From: Candidatus Woesearchaeota archaeon
Lineage (GTDB): Archaea; Nanobdellota; Nanobdellia; Woesearchaeales; JAZDKJ01
Direction of reading: 5' to 3'
Assembly: GCA_043803105.1 (NCBI GenBank)
Contig: JAZDKJ010000010.1
Coordinates: 1-64,000, forward strand
DNA length: 64,000 nucleotides
Shown here: positions 1-8,280 of the stretch, piece after piece
How the letters are laid out: every line of letters starts with the position of its first letter
Numbering within the stretch: the stretch's first letter is position 1
The notes under the pieces: model-generated
Seen by the model: only the letters and a program-made list of their open reading frames with translations
What the model was told of the DNA's origin: nothing
Databases searched by the model: none
Program-made: the position numbers and the translations under genes

Positions 1-296
1 CCTGTAACTGAGATCGAGTCCGGCTCCCCGGCAAGCTGGATCTCAATAGTCATATTGGATGCTGTGCTTATGTTGAGTCCGTACTGCAATGTCCCACCAT
101 AGGTTGTGAGCCCAACATTTTGTGCCCCATATTTCACAACCACTAATGTCCCCAGTACCGCAAAAATGAGAAGCAGGAACATGCCTAGGTGCCTTGGTTT
201 GTTCCCTCTAACCTTGATATTTTCTATCTTTTTGTCCACAGTTTGCAGTTTTTGGTCTATTTCAAAGACCTCTGCTGGCATTTGTGGTATTTTCAT
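1..296 (-). CDS. Membrane-anchored hypothetical protein, N-terminal part (runs off the window edge)
   Basis: ATG at 296 overlaps the stop of the upstream gene (ATGA). Reads MKIPQMPAEVFEID... with hydrophobic segment MFLLLIFAVLGTLVVV and is open to position 1. Confidence 0.6.
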   Translation of the reverse strand, partial: MKIPQMPAEVFEIDQKLQTVDKKIENIKVRGNKPRHLGMFLLLIFAVLGTLVVVKYGAQNVGLTTYGGTLQYGLNISTASNMTIEIQLAGEPDSISVT

Positions 297-820
297 CGCT
301 TTGCCTTTCCTCTTTTGCAGGTTGCCCATACTGTTCTCTGGTCTCTGTTGAGCAGTCTTGCTATCTGTGTGATCCTTAGCTTGTGTTTTTCCTGCAGGTG
401 CAGTACAACGCTTTCCAGTATTGAGCGCTTTGCAGATTTTAGTTGGCTAAGTGGTATGTCATACTGGGAGTGCCTGGCCTGCAGCCTCCCAACCCTCTTG
501 GCTTGGGTGTGGTTGTAGCTTGTCCAGACTGCCTGCTGGCTTTTTCCGAGTGTTTCCGAAATCTTCGCGTTTGAGTATTCCAGTTCTTCCTTCAGGTATT
601 TCACCAGCGACTCTAGAGCACCTAGTCTTTTTGTAGAGAACACAGAAACCGGTATTTTTGCCTCCCAGGCAGTCCTTCCTTGGGTTAGGGTATCTATAAA
701 TTGTTCTATGATGATTTCTTTGTCAAGCCTTCTAAGAAGTTTTTTGACTATCTCAATATTTGCGCTTTCACTCAGCAGTTCATTAAGTATATACTGCTCT
801 ATTGGTTCCTTCTGCGTCAC
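293..820 (-). CDS. Helix-turn-helix DNA-binding protein (two HTH-like units)
   Basis: Repeated HTH-like segments SNAKISETLGKSQQAVWTSY and ITQIARLLNRDQRTVWAT; TATA-like TTTATAAA at 863-870. Confidence 0.7.
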   Translation of the reverse strand: MTQKEPIEQYILNELLSESANIEIVKKLLRRLDKEIIIEQFIDTLTQGRTAWEAKIPVSVFSTKRLGALESLVKYLKEELEYSNAKISETLGKSQQAVWTSYNHTQAKRVGRLQARHSQYDIPLSQLKSAKRSILESVVLHLQEKHKLRITQIARLLNRDQRTVWATCKRGKAKR

Positions 821-862
821 TGTGCTCTTTTTTCAGTTTTTTACTCATTTCCGGATTATTTG

Positions 863-996
863 TTTATAAATCTTTTCAATTTTTACAATAAAAATTGATA
901 AAAAGTACATTTAAAACACATTAAAAATAAAATAATAAGTGATATTTAAATAATTAAATCAATAGAAATATAAAAAAATACAATAAAAATTGATAA
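863..996. promoter_or_regulatory. AT-rich regulatory region with an operator-like palindrome and an 18-bp direct repeat
   Basis: Palindrome TCAATTTTTA-caa-TAAAAATTGA (876-898); TACAATAAAAATTGATAA at 884-901 and 979-996. Confidence 0.55.
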
Positions 997-1062
997 GGCT
1001 GATTCTTTCCTTTGGAGCACCTGGAACTCTCTGAATGTTTCCGCTGCCTCTGGCAGCATGCC

Positions 1063-1076
1063 GAAACGTTTATAAA
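1063..1076 (+). promoter_or_regulatory. BRE/TATA promoter of tRNA-Asn
   Basis: GAAACG-TTTATAAA ending 26 nt upstream of tRNA G1 at 1102. Confidence 0.7.
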
Positions 1077-1101
1077 CAAAATCGGAGTTTTGTTGCCTTA
1101 A

Positions 1102-1256
1102 GCCTCGGTAGCTTAGACATCAGTGCCTCCTTTAGCACGATGAAGCAACAGGTGGAGCGTGTGGCTGTTATTCGCCATTTTGGCCGAAAAGAGACCACAA
1201 GGTCAGCAGAATACAGTAGAGGAGCTGTTTGCTGAATTCGAGTCTGCTCCGAGGCG
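1102..1256 (+). tRNA. tRNA-Asn(GTT) with three introns (15/16: 1117-1148; 37/38: 1171-1193; 53/54: 1210-1236)
   Basis: After removing three hairpin inserts bounded by BHB-like motifs: acceptor GCCTCGG/CCGAGGC, D-stem GCTT/GAGC, anticodon stem TGTGG/CCACA with loop CT-GTT-AA, T-arm AGCAG-TTCGAGT-CTGCT. Confidence 0.92.
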
Positions 1257-2039
1257 TTCCTCATTTTCCAGTTTTTCAAGCATTAACAACCTGTCCTGAA
1301 TTGTCGTACCGGGTGGTACATGCCCAATTTTTTTCCACAATTCGATTCTACTCAAGTGATTAGGATTCATAAAACCAATTGTACTTAACCATAGACTAAG
1401 CGTTTTCACTCCATTCAACTGCATGTAGTACGACGAAAGTTGAGACTTGTTTCTTTGTTGTATCCTCTGCCCGCGATGAACAGGAAAGCCTAATATTTTC
1501 AAAGTTGATGTAACGAAATCCCATAACTCTTGATTACAAGTTTGGTAATCAACAACAGGATAGTAGTTAATCAACTTATGTCTATTCTTGAAAACAACTG
1601 AGAAGTCCGTGTCTGCAAGACCTCTCAGAAATGCAATTTTTAGGTTCATCGGCGCTTTTAGGATAATTCTTGGTGGAGGACTGTGACTTTTTGATCCAAC
1701 CGGCATTCCGCAAGAAAATTGCATAAAAGAGTGGATTGCTTTTGAGTTCAAAGTAAGTTTAATGCTCCCATGACCTTCACAAATCTTCGGAGTTCGTCGA
1801 AATAGATGACGAAAAAGAGGAACTACACAGGTCTTACACCAAATAAGATCATTTATTGGATGGCCATCATATTCTATCCTATACTCAAAAGGTCTTTTAA
1901 CCAAATGCCCATCACCCATATGTATTCCCAGGAAATAGGCTAAATTGCTATCCAATTTCCCTGGAACCTTAGTAAGAGTAATTTTATCGTTCTTACTGTA
2001 ACGCACATCTCTAAGGTTTATAGGGATGATTAAATCCAT
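1203..2039 (-). CDS. Free-standing double-motif LAGLIDADG endonuclease
   Basis: Motifs LAYFLGIHMGDG and FLRGLADTDFS; no intein splicing motifs seen. The 3' end runs antisense into tRNA-Asn. Confidence 0.88.
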   Translation of the reverse strand: MDLIIPINLRDVRYSKNDKITLTKVPGKLDSNLAYFLGIHMGDGHLVKRPFEYRIEYDGHPINDLIWCKTCVVPLFRHLFRRTPKICEGHGSIKLTLNSKAIHSFMQFSCGMPVGSKSHSPPPRIILKAPMNLKIAFLRGLADTDFSVVFKNRHKLINYYPVVDYQTCNQELWDFVTSTLKILGFPVHRGQRIQQRNKSQLSSYYMQLNGVKTLSLWLSTIGFMNPNHLSRIELWKKIGHVPPGTTIQDRLLMLEKLENEERLGADSNSANSSSTVFC

Positions 2040-2079
2040 TAGAAGCCTCTGACGACACTTATTATTAAGTTCTGCGTAT

Positions 2080-2091
2080 AAATGTCCAGTG
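2080..2091 (-). promoter_or_regulatory. CACTGGACATTT upstream element, copy 1 (LAGLIDADG gene)
   Basis: Identical 12-mer also at 9169-9180 (-) and 59632-59643 (+), each about 10 nt upstream of a TATA-like box. Confidence 0.6.
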
Positions 2092-2110
2092 AAATTTTCA
2101 AAAAAAGATT

Positions 2111-2126
2111 GTCTGCTCCGAGGCGT
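2111..2126 (+). repeat. Duplicated 3' end of tRNA-Asn (16-bp direct repeat, att-like)
   Basis: GTCTGCTCCGAGGCGT at 1242-1257 and 2111-2126. Confidence 0.9.
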
Positions 2127-2141
2127 ATTTCTTGCATTACT

Positions 2142-3326
2142 CTACATATAGCTGTCAGTTTTCAATCCCTTGGTAGAAATCAAATCTATTCCCAGGTCTG
2201 AGTCATTAAATCTTTCACATATGTGCTCTATTGCATTAGATTGCAAGTACTTTATTGTTCTCTCAAGCCCGTTGTAGATTCCTGCAGGTTTTGAGTTTCC
2301 ATGCCCTTTGACAAGGTAACCGTTTATTCCAAGCAAAGGAGCTGCATTGTAGTTGTCTGGATTGAACATACTTTTTAGTTTTGTATACGTCCCTGAGAGT
2401 TTGAAGAATTCCTTTGAAAGGAAGGCAAACGTTAATCCTGCCACATCAAAAATTGCTTTTGGTTTTCTTGGGATTCTCGCAAGGATTGCCTTAGGGCTGA
2501 TTTCTGCTTGAGCAAATGCAACAAAGCTTTCCAATATCCCTTCCATCGTTTTGAGATTTGTGTTGCCTACAAAACCTTCAGCCAGTATGATGTCTGCCTT
2601 GTTTTCAAACATGCCATGTTTTCCCTCAATAAAACCTATATAATTAAGCTTGTTCTTTGATTTTTCGTTATATTTTTCAATAAGATTGGATAGTTCTGCC
2701 ACAAATTTGCTTCCTTTGTGTACCTCTTCCCCGTTGGATAATATTGCTAATCTTGGGTTTTCCTTTTTCAGTACATCTTTCGCGTATACATCAAACAGTA
2801 TGCCATAAATAAGAACCTGCTCTGGTTGTGTGTCAACAGTTGCCCCAACATCCCCGAACAATATATGCACTCCCTGTCTGGTTGGTAGTTCTGCCACAAG
2901 TGGGGGGTATTTTATTGGAACGCCCTTTATCAAACCTATTTTCTTCTTGCCATAACCTATGAGAGAACCGGTTTCTCCCATTGAGTAAGCGCAATTGATT
3001 TCTCCTCTTTTTAGATAATCAAGCATGACATGAACTGATGTTTCCTTGATTCTTTGTGTTCTGGAGCTCCTGGCGCTTCCGAGAACCTCATCAACCGAAA
3101 TTGTCCAAGCAGGACAATCGATAACTGTTATCCTCTTGGTTGGGACTTTGTGAGCTTTTAGGCCTAATGATGCCTCTGCTGATCTGCCAAAAAGGACGAA
3201 ATCAATTTTGGGATAGGATCCTTGTAATTGAAGTAAGGCCTGTGCCACTCTCTGGCTTGGAAGAGTGCCCTGATTTCTTTCTCCACCATTTATGTCGATT
3301 CCAAGGATTATTCTGTCAAGTGCCAT
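2142..3326 (-). CDS. plsX: Phosphate acyltransferase PlsX-like protein
   Basis: N-terminal IILGIDINGGE, SMGETG, DVGATVD, LSNGEEVHKG, GFIEG, GFVGNTNLKTMEG, APLLGING-VKGHG. The upstream extension in the ORF track overlaps tRNA-Ile, so the start is set at 3326. Confidence 0.85.
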   Translation of the reverse strand: MALDRIILGIDINGGERNQGTLPSQRVAQALLQLQGSYPKIDFVLFGRSAEASLGLKAHKVPTKRITVIDCPAWTISVDEVLGSARSSRTQRIKETSVHVMLDYLKRGEINCAYSMGETGSLIGYGKKKIGLIKGVPIKYPPLVAELPTRQGVHILFGDVGATVDTQPEQVLIYGILFDVYAKDVLKKENPRLAILSNGEEVHKGSKFVAELSNLIEKYNEKSKNKLNYIGFIEGKHGMFENKADIILAEGFVGNTNLKTMEGILESFVAFAQAEISPKAILARIPRKPKAIFDVAGLTFAFLSKEFFKLSGTYTKLKSMFNPDNYNAAPLLGINGYLVKGHGNSKPAGIYNGLERTIKYLQSNAIEHICERFNDSDLGIDLISTKGLKTDSYM

Positions 3327-3422
3327 TCTTTGTGAGATGACATCTGGCTTCTTAAATATTGTTGTTCCCGAGAGGACAAAAGAAAAATGTTTATAAATGG
3401 TCTGGCATTCTAATGGAGCATT

Positions 3423-3542
3423 GGGCCCGTAGCTTAGCCTGGTGTTGTGCCCGAATGATAATCGGGCGGTCCGGAGTTCAAATAGTTGGCGACGAAGTCG
3501 GCAACGACCGAAAGCGTCAGCTTGACTGTCTCCGCGGGCCCA
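3423..3542 (+). tRNA. tRNA-Ile(GAT) with a T-loop intron (59/60: 3483-3528); D-stem atypical
   Basis: Acceptor GGGCCCG/CGGGCCC-A, anticodon stem CCCGA/TCGGG with GAT, T-arm CGGAG-TTCAAAT-CTCCG after intron removal; TTTATAAA at 3390-3397. Confidence 0.8.
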
Positions 3543-3629
3543 TTTTTCTTTCATTTTTATGACTGGGGGACTCCGGTCCGCAGACTTGGAGTCGCCCTCG
3601 GGATCAAGGAACAAGACCCTTGGTGGGAA

Positions 3630-3646
3630 TCTCCGCGGGCCCATTT
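3630..3646 (+). repeat. Duplicated 3' exon of tRNA-Ile (17-bp direct repeat)
   Basis: TCTCCGCGGGCCCATTT at 3529-3545 and 3630-3646. Confidence 0.9.
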
Positions 3647-3691
3647 ATTTTCTTGGCAACCTATTTAAAGGTCTGAACCTTAGCTCTGCCC

Positions 3692-5245
3692 ATGTCTAAG
3701 TCGAGCATTGCCCAGCTTTCAAGTGATGCAGCAATAGACCTTGCTATCGACACTATCGGCAAGAAAAAGCAGGCCTTGATTTTTGTCAACACTAAGCGCT
3801 CTGCCGAGAAGGTTGCTGAAGACTTAAGCAAGAAAGTGAGGCTTGCAAGCCCTGAGTTGGACGAGCTTTCAAAAAAAGCACTCAAAGTTCTCTCAAAGCC
3901 AACAAGGCAGTGCGAGCGATTGTCAAAATGCTTGAAGAAAGGCGTTGCATTTCATCATGCTGGCCTTGCTCACCAGCAAAAAGAGCTTGTCGAGGATTCT
4001 TTCCGTTCTGGCCTGGTGAAGATTATTGCTTCCACCCCCACACTTGCACTCGGTGTCAACCTTCCTGCTTTTAGGGTCATTATGCGTGATGTCAAGCGCT
4101 ACACCCACCAGGGTTATGTTCACATTCCTGTGCTAGAATACCACCAAATGTGTGGTAGGGCAGGCCGCCCGCAGTTTGATGCTTACGGTGAGGCCATCTC
4201 CGTTGCTTCTTCAGATGATGACCGTGATGATCTTGTTGATAGGTTTATCAGGGGAGCTCCTGAGGCAATCTATTCAAAGCTTGCTGTTGAGCCTGTTCTA
4301 AGGACCTATCTTTTGTCTTTGATTTCTTCTAACTTTGTCAACACAAAGAAGAGTATTATGGATTTTTTTGCAAAGACCTTTTGGGCTTTCCAGTTCAAGG
4401 ACCTTAACCATCTGCAGAAGATTATTGAGAAGATGCTCCGCCTTCTTGAGGATTGGGAGTTTGTCCAGTCTTCTTCAAAGGATGATTTTCAGTCTGCCTC
4501 GCAAATTGCCGATGAAAGGTACAGGGCTACTGCTCTTGGCCAAAGGGTTGCTGAGCTTTACCTTGATCCCCTGACAGCTTTTAATCTCTGCAATCGCCTG
4601 AAGCGCGCAAGTATGCAAACAATCACAGCCTTTTCCTTTCTCCAGATGGTTTCCCACACCTTAGAGCTAAGGCCTCTCTTGAAAGTCAAGGCCAGAGAGT
4701 TTGAGAAGATGCAGGAGGTCCTTGCAGAGCATGATTCTGACCTTCTTGAGGACGAGCCTTCCATGTTTGAGCAGCATTATGAGGATTTCCTGAATTCTGT
4801 GAAGACCTCCTTGTTCATGCAGGATTGGATTGAGGAAAAGGACGAGGAATATTTGCTTGAGACATATGATATCCGTCCAGGAGAGATTCGTGTCAAGCTC
4901 GACCTTGCTGATTGGCTATTGTACGCTTCTTATGAGATGGGCAGGATTCTTGGCCTTCAGCCCTTATTAAAAGAGGTCGCCAGGGTTCGCATAAGGTTGC
5001 AGTATGGTGTAAAAGAAGAATTATTGCCTTTGCTAAAGCTTCGCAACATCGGCAGAGTTCGCGCAAGGATGCTCTTCAGGAACAGCATTAAGAGCATTGG
5101 TGATGTCAAGAAGGCAGAACTCGCAACCTTGACTCAGATCTTGGGAAAGCAGATTGCCCTGAGTGTGAAAGAGCAAGTCGAGAAGCCAATTGAGCCTGTC
5201 AAAGAGAATAAAAGGAAGGGCCAGATTAATCTGGAAGACTATTAA
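3692..5245 (+). CDS. hel308: Hel308/Ski2-like helicase lacking the N-terminal RecA1 (Walker A/DExH) domain
   Basis: GVAFHHAGL, STPTLALGVNLPA, QMCGRAGRP and C-terminal HhH (LRNIGRVRARMLF); no GKT or DExH motif. Confidence 0.85.
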   Translation: MSKSSIAQLSSDAAIDLAIDTIGKKKQALIFVNTKRSAEKVAEDLSKKVRLASPELDELSKKALKVLSKPTRQCERLSKCLKKGVAFHHAGLAHQQKELVEDSFRSGLVKIIASTPTLALGVNLPAFRVIMRDVKRYTHQGYVHIPVLEYHQMCGRAGRPQFDAYGEAISVASSDDDRDDLVDRFIRGAPEAIYSKLAVEPVLRTYLLSLISSNFVNTKKSIMDFFAKTFWAFQFKDLNHLQKIIEKMLRLLEDWEFVQSSSKDDFQSASQIADERYRATALGQRVAELYLDPLTAFNLCNRLKRASMQTITAFSFLQMVSHTLELRPLLKVKAREFEKMQEVLAEHDSDLLEDEPSMFEQHYEDFLNSVKTSLFMQDWIEEKDEEYLLETYDIRPGEIRVKLDLADWLLYASYEMGRILGLQPLLKEVARVRIRLQYGVKEELLPLLKLRNIGRVRARMLFRNSIKSIGDVKKAELATLTQILGKQIALSVKEQVEKPIEPVKENKRKGQINLEDY

Positions 5246-6528
5246 CGTTCTTTCATAAGCCTTCTCATTTCTTCCTGGTATTCTACGCGTTCTGTCCGTC
5301 TATAAGGTGAGGTTGCAAATTTCTTTACCTTAGCCAGATCAAGCTTTCCGTTGGTAATATATGATTGTTCTATAGGAATGCCTTCCTCAAAGCATCTTAT
5401 CACTTCAGCATAAAACCAGGCTGTTCTGATGATGCTGGTGCGTCTCCGAAGTTCATATATCATATTGTCTTCTATGAAAGGATGCGTGTTCATATAAATT
5501 ATTTCTAGCGGCGCCACAGACGCCGCCCTTCTCATCGAGCTCTCAAATTCTATTCCAGATAGGACCGGATGTGTGGCGTAGCTAATCAGGTATTTTGGTT
5601 TGTGATTACCTAGGCCATTCGAGAATATTCCATCCTTTGTTATGAGGTTGGCTGCCGCAGCCTTTGTTCCCCAGGTGTCATCAATGTCATCAAACAATCC
5701 TGCAGTCTTGCCTTCTAGTCCTTTGTAATTCTCCGAAAATGTTGGGTTGACAACCTCCACTTGGTTAGGGTCATTATGAACCCGCCTAATTTTTTCGCAA
5801 TCAATCCTGCTAACGTTGGTGTATCCGAGTTCATGCAGCATTTTGTAGAGGTCAGTCACGTGTGAGTCAGCTCCAAGGTCTGCTCTTATCAGAACAAAAT
5901 TTGCTCCATTATTGCTTAGGTCCACAAGTGAGTAGTTGACCAAATAGTCTATCAATAATGGATTGGGATTGAGGTCCACTAGCGCATCAGGCTTGCCAAA
6001 AACCTTTGCATATGATTCCACCACTCTATGGCTGTGAACATGATGGGTGAAAACCTTATTCACTCCCGCAGATTTCCATGCGATTGCCTGGGCTTCAGCG
6101 CTCTTGCCCTTTTCAGAAAATGATCTTCTCTTTTCTTCTGATGCCTCTCCGGCAATATCTTCAGGTCCCTTGTCTGCTCTGCTGAAAAACAGGTCTGGCG
6201 CCATTACATTTACAGTCTCAGCACCGTGTTCTTTTGCAGTGTATGCTGCAATAACCACCCTTCCAAGCATCCCATCTGGTTTGACATAATGTTTAGTATT
6301 TGCAGGGTTTGTTGGTACAGCAAACAGATAGACATTCTTTCCTCTCAGGTCCACCTTTACTTCAGGCCCAAATTCATCTCCGCTGAACTTGTTTGGGTAC
6401 ATTGACCGTGAAAGATCTGGCAGATGCAAGCGATAGTTTTTTCGCAAATACTCAATGCTCTTGTTGGTGAAGCTTATGGATTCTTGTGCTTGAGAAAGAG
6501 ATGCAATCACTATGTCGTTAAGACTCAT
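5242..6528 (-). CDS. prs: Ribose-phosphate pyrophosphokinase (PRPP synthetase) family protein, long divergent form
   Basis: FSGDEF, LFFSRADK, HVHS, ADLGA, FDDIDDTWGT (PRPP loop), YATHPVLSG. Confidence 0.75.
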   Translation of the reverse strand: MSLNDIVIASLSQAQESISFTNKSIEYLRKNYRLHLPDLSRSMYPNKFSGDEFGPEVKVDLRGKNVYLFAVPTNPANTKHYVKPDGMLGRVVIAAYTAKEHGAETVNVMAPDLFFSRADKGPEDIAGEASEEKRRSFSEKGKSAEAQAIAWKSAGVNKVFTHHVHSHRVVESYAKVFGKPDALVDLNPNPLLIDYLVNYSLVDLSNNGANFVLIRADLGADSHVTDLYKMLHELGYTNVSRIDCEKIRRVHNDPNQVEVVNPTFSENYKGLEGKTAGLFDDIDDTWGTKAAAANLITKDGIFSNGLGNHKPKYLISYATHPVLSGIEFESSMRRAASVAPLEIIYMNTHPFIEDNMIYELRRRTSIIRTAWFYAEVIRCFEEGIPIEQSYITNGKLDLAKVKKFATSPYRRTERVEYQEEMRRLMKER

Positions 6529-6597
6529 TATACCCCCAACCGTCGATGTCTTTTTGCCTCTTTATATGCTTTTTTGATGTCTAATATATATATTGCA

Positions 6598-8199
6598 TCA
6601 AAGCATTTCAGGACTAAAAAAAGTCCCGTCCACACAGCTCCTCTCGCCAAGCTTTGTGTAGCACCTTCCGCAAAGTCCCTCTCCGCAGCCTGTATCATGC
6701 TCAATCGAAGACAATACCCTGTTCCATCTTTCTCTTGGCAAACAATTTAACTCTATCAGAACACTCTTCCTTATCATTGGCTCCGGTCCGCAGTTTAGTA
6801 TATAGTCTGGTTGCGCCTCTTCTATTACCCTTTCAAGAGGGTCTGTTACAATGCCCCTTATTCCAATCTCCCCGTTCTGGGTTGTCAACCATACCTCGCT
6901 ACAATTCTTCATGAATTCTGTAGAATATGCCAGGTGTTGTTCATCTTTTGCTCCCAAGACAGCATATGTTTCAGGATTTCTCTTGGCAAACAAGTACAGC
7001 GCTGCTATTCCAGTTCCTCCTCCAACCAACAGTATCTTGCCATCAACCTCTGGCGTGTTTCCGTAAGGTCCTCTTATTTCAACCATGTCTCCTGCCCTAA
7101 CACTAGTCAGTGCTGCAGTGCATTTGCCTCTCTTTTGTATTAGAAGTGTCAATGGATCATCATCCATTACTGAGAATGGTTTGTCTGCCATGCCTGGCAA
7201 TCCTGCAAAAACAAATTGTCCAGGCATCGCGCTGTACGCTTTGTCAAATCCTAAGAGATTCAGGTCATCTGCCAATTGTTCGTTAACTATCACTTTTACT
7301 GTTTCATATTCCCTCATGTCGACAAGAAATTCTGAAGCATAATTTGTGCTATTTTTGCAGTCAATCAGCAGGTGATGGAAAAAGTCCTTCATGCGCTGCG
7401 TGCTCATTCCTGCCAGCCCTGTTCCTACTCCTTGAAAATCTGCCCCCGCATCCCTATATCGCATTACATCTTCAGCGCATGTTATTCCTCCATAAGCGAT
7501 TATCGGTAGCTCTGTCATGCTCCTGATTTTCTTGACTGTTCTAATCCCTACTTTGAGCAAGGGTTTTCCTGAAGAGCCGCCAACCTTGTTGGAAAGTATT
7601 GTATGGTCATTCTGGCAATACCATTTTGGTCCTGCTGTGTTTACTGCAGAGAATCCTTTAGCCCCTCCCCGTAGGCATTCCAGTACAATGTCTTCAATTT
7701 TTTCCCACGGAGGCATTTTCACGAAAACGTCTATTCCTTTGTCTGCAACATTCTTGACTATTCTCCCCACTGCCTTGGCATCATTGCAGAACAGTTGCCT
7801 CAGTTCGTAGTCGTTCGGGCAGAAGAAATTGAGCTCAACCGCATCAGCACTTGGTGCAGCCCTCTCAGCCACTTCGCTGAACTCTTGCTCTGTTCTTCCG
7901 AAAACCGATATTACCAATGCCTTGTTCTCAGGTATTCTTGCTTTTGCCAGTTGTCCTATGGTTTGCTCAATCCCTATGTTTGTGAGCCCAACAGCATTGA
8001 CTGCAGAATGTTTTCCTGTTCTTGCTATTGTTGGGTCATCGTGGCCTTTGTGAGCAAGCAGGCTTGTGCTTTTCGGGTACATTATTCCCAATTCAGGTAT
8101 TTCTGTTGCAATCCTTTCAAGTACAGGTACATTTGTTGTTACAATTCCAGGTGGTATGCAAAATGGCCCGCTAACCTCCTTTTCGAGCAGCTTATACAT
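6598..8199 (-). CDS. Dihydroorotate dehydrogenase fused to its electron-transfer subunit (PyrD-PyrK)
   Basis: NAVGLTNIG, ELNFFCPN, SAVNT, GGSSG, YGGI, then PGQF, GPYG, GGGTGIA, CGPEPM and the 2Fe-2S motif CGEGLCGRC...C. Confidence 0.88.
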   Translation of the reverse strand: MYKLLEKEVSGPFCIPPGIVTTNVPVLERIATEIPELGIMYPKSTSLLAHKGHDDPTIARTGKHSAVNAVGLTNIGIEQTIGQLAKARIPENKALVISVFGRTEQEFSEVAERAAPSADAVELNFFCPNDYELRQLFCNDAKAVGRIVKNVADKGIDVFVKMPPWEKIEDIVLECLRGGAKGFSAVNTAGPKWYCQNDHTILSNKVGGSSGKPLLKVGIRTVKKIRSMTELPIIAYGGITCAEDVMRYRDAGADFQGVGTGLAGMSTQRMKDFFHHLLIDCKNSTNYASEFLVDMREYETVKVIVNEQLADDLNLLGFDKAYSAMPGQFVFAGLPGMADKPFSVMDDDPLTLLIQKRGKCTAALTSVRAGDMVEIRGPYGNTPEVDGKILLVGGGTGIAALYLFAKRNPETYAVLGAKDEQHLAYSTEFMKNCSEVWLTTQNGEIGIRGIVTDPLERVIEEAQPDYILNCGPEPMIRKSVLIELNCLPRERWNRVLSSIEHDTGCGEGLCGRCYTKLGERSCVDGTFFSPEML

Positions 8200-8280
8200 C
8201 AAGCCTTGTCCTTGACAATTTGGTTTATAAGCACTTCCTTGTCGCAAACTATATATAGTAATGATTCCAACATAAAAGCT

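Noticed and set aside
1203-2039. LAGLIDADG as an intein or intron-encoded ORF
   Set aside because: There is no host extein or splicing motif; it lies outside the tRNA introns, on the opposite strand, with its own promoter.
3327-3644. N-terminal extension of the PlsX ORF in the track
   Set aside because: It overlaps tRNA-Ile and its promoter; PlsX similarity begins at MALDRIILGID (3326).
7795-8280. N-terminal extension of the flavodoxin ORF
   Set aside because: It is an antisense shadow of pyrD; the flavodoxin motif starts at ATG 8281.
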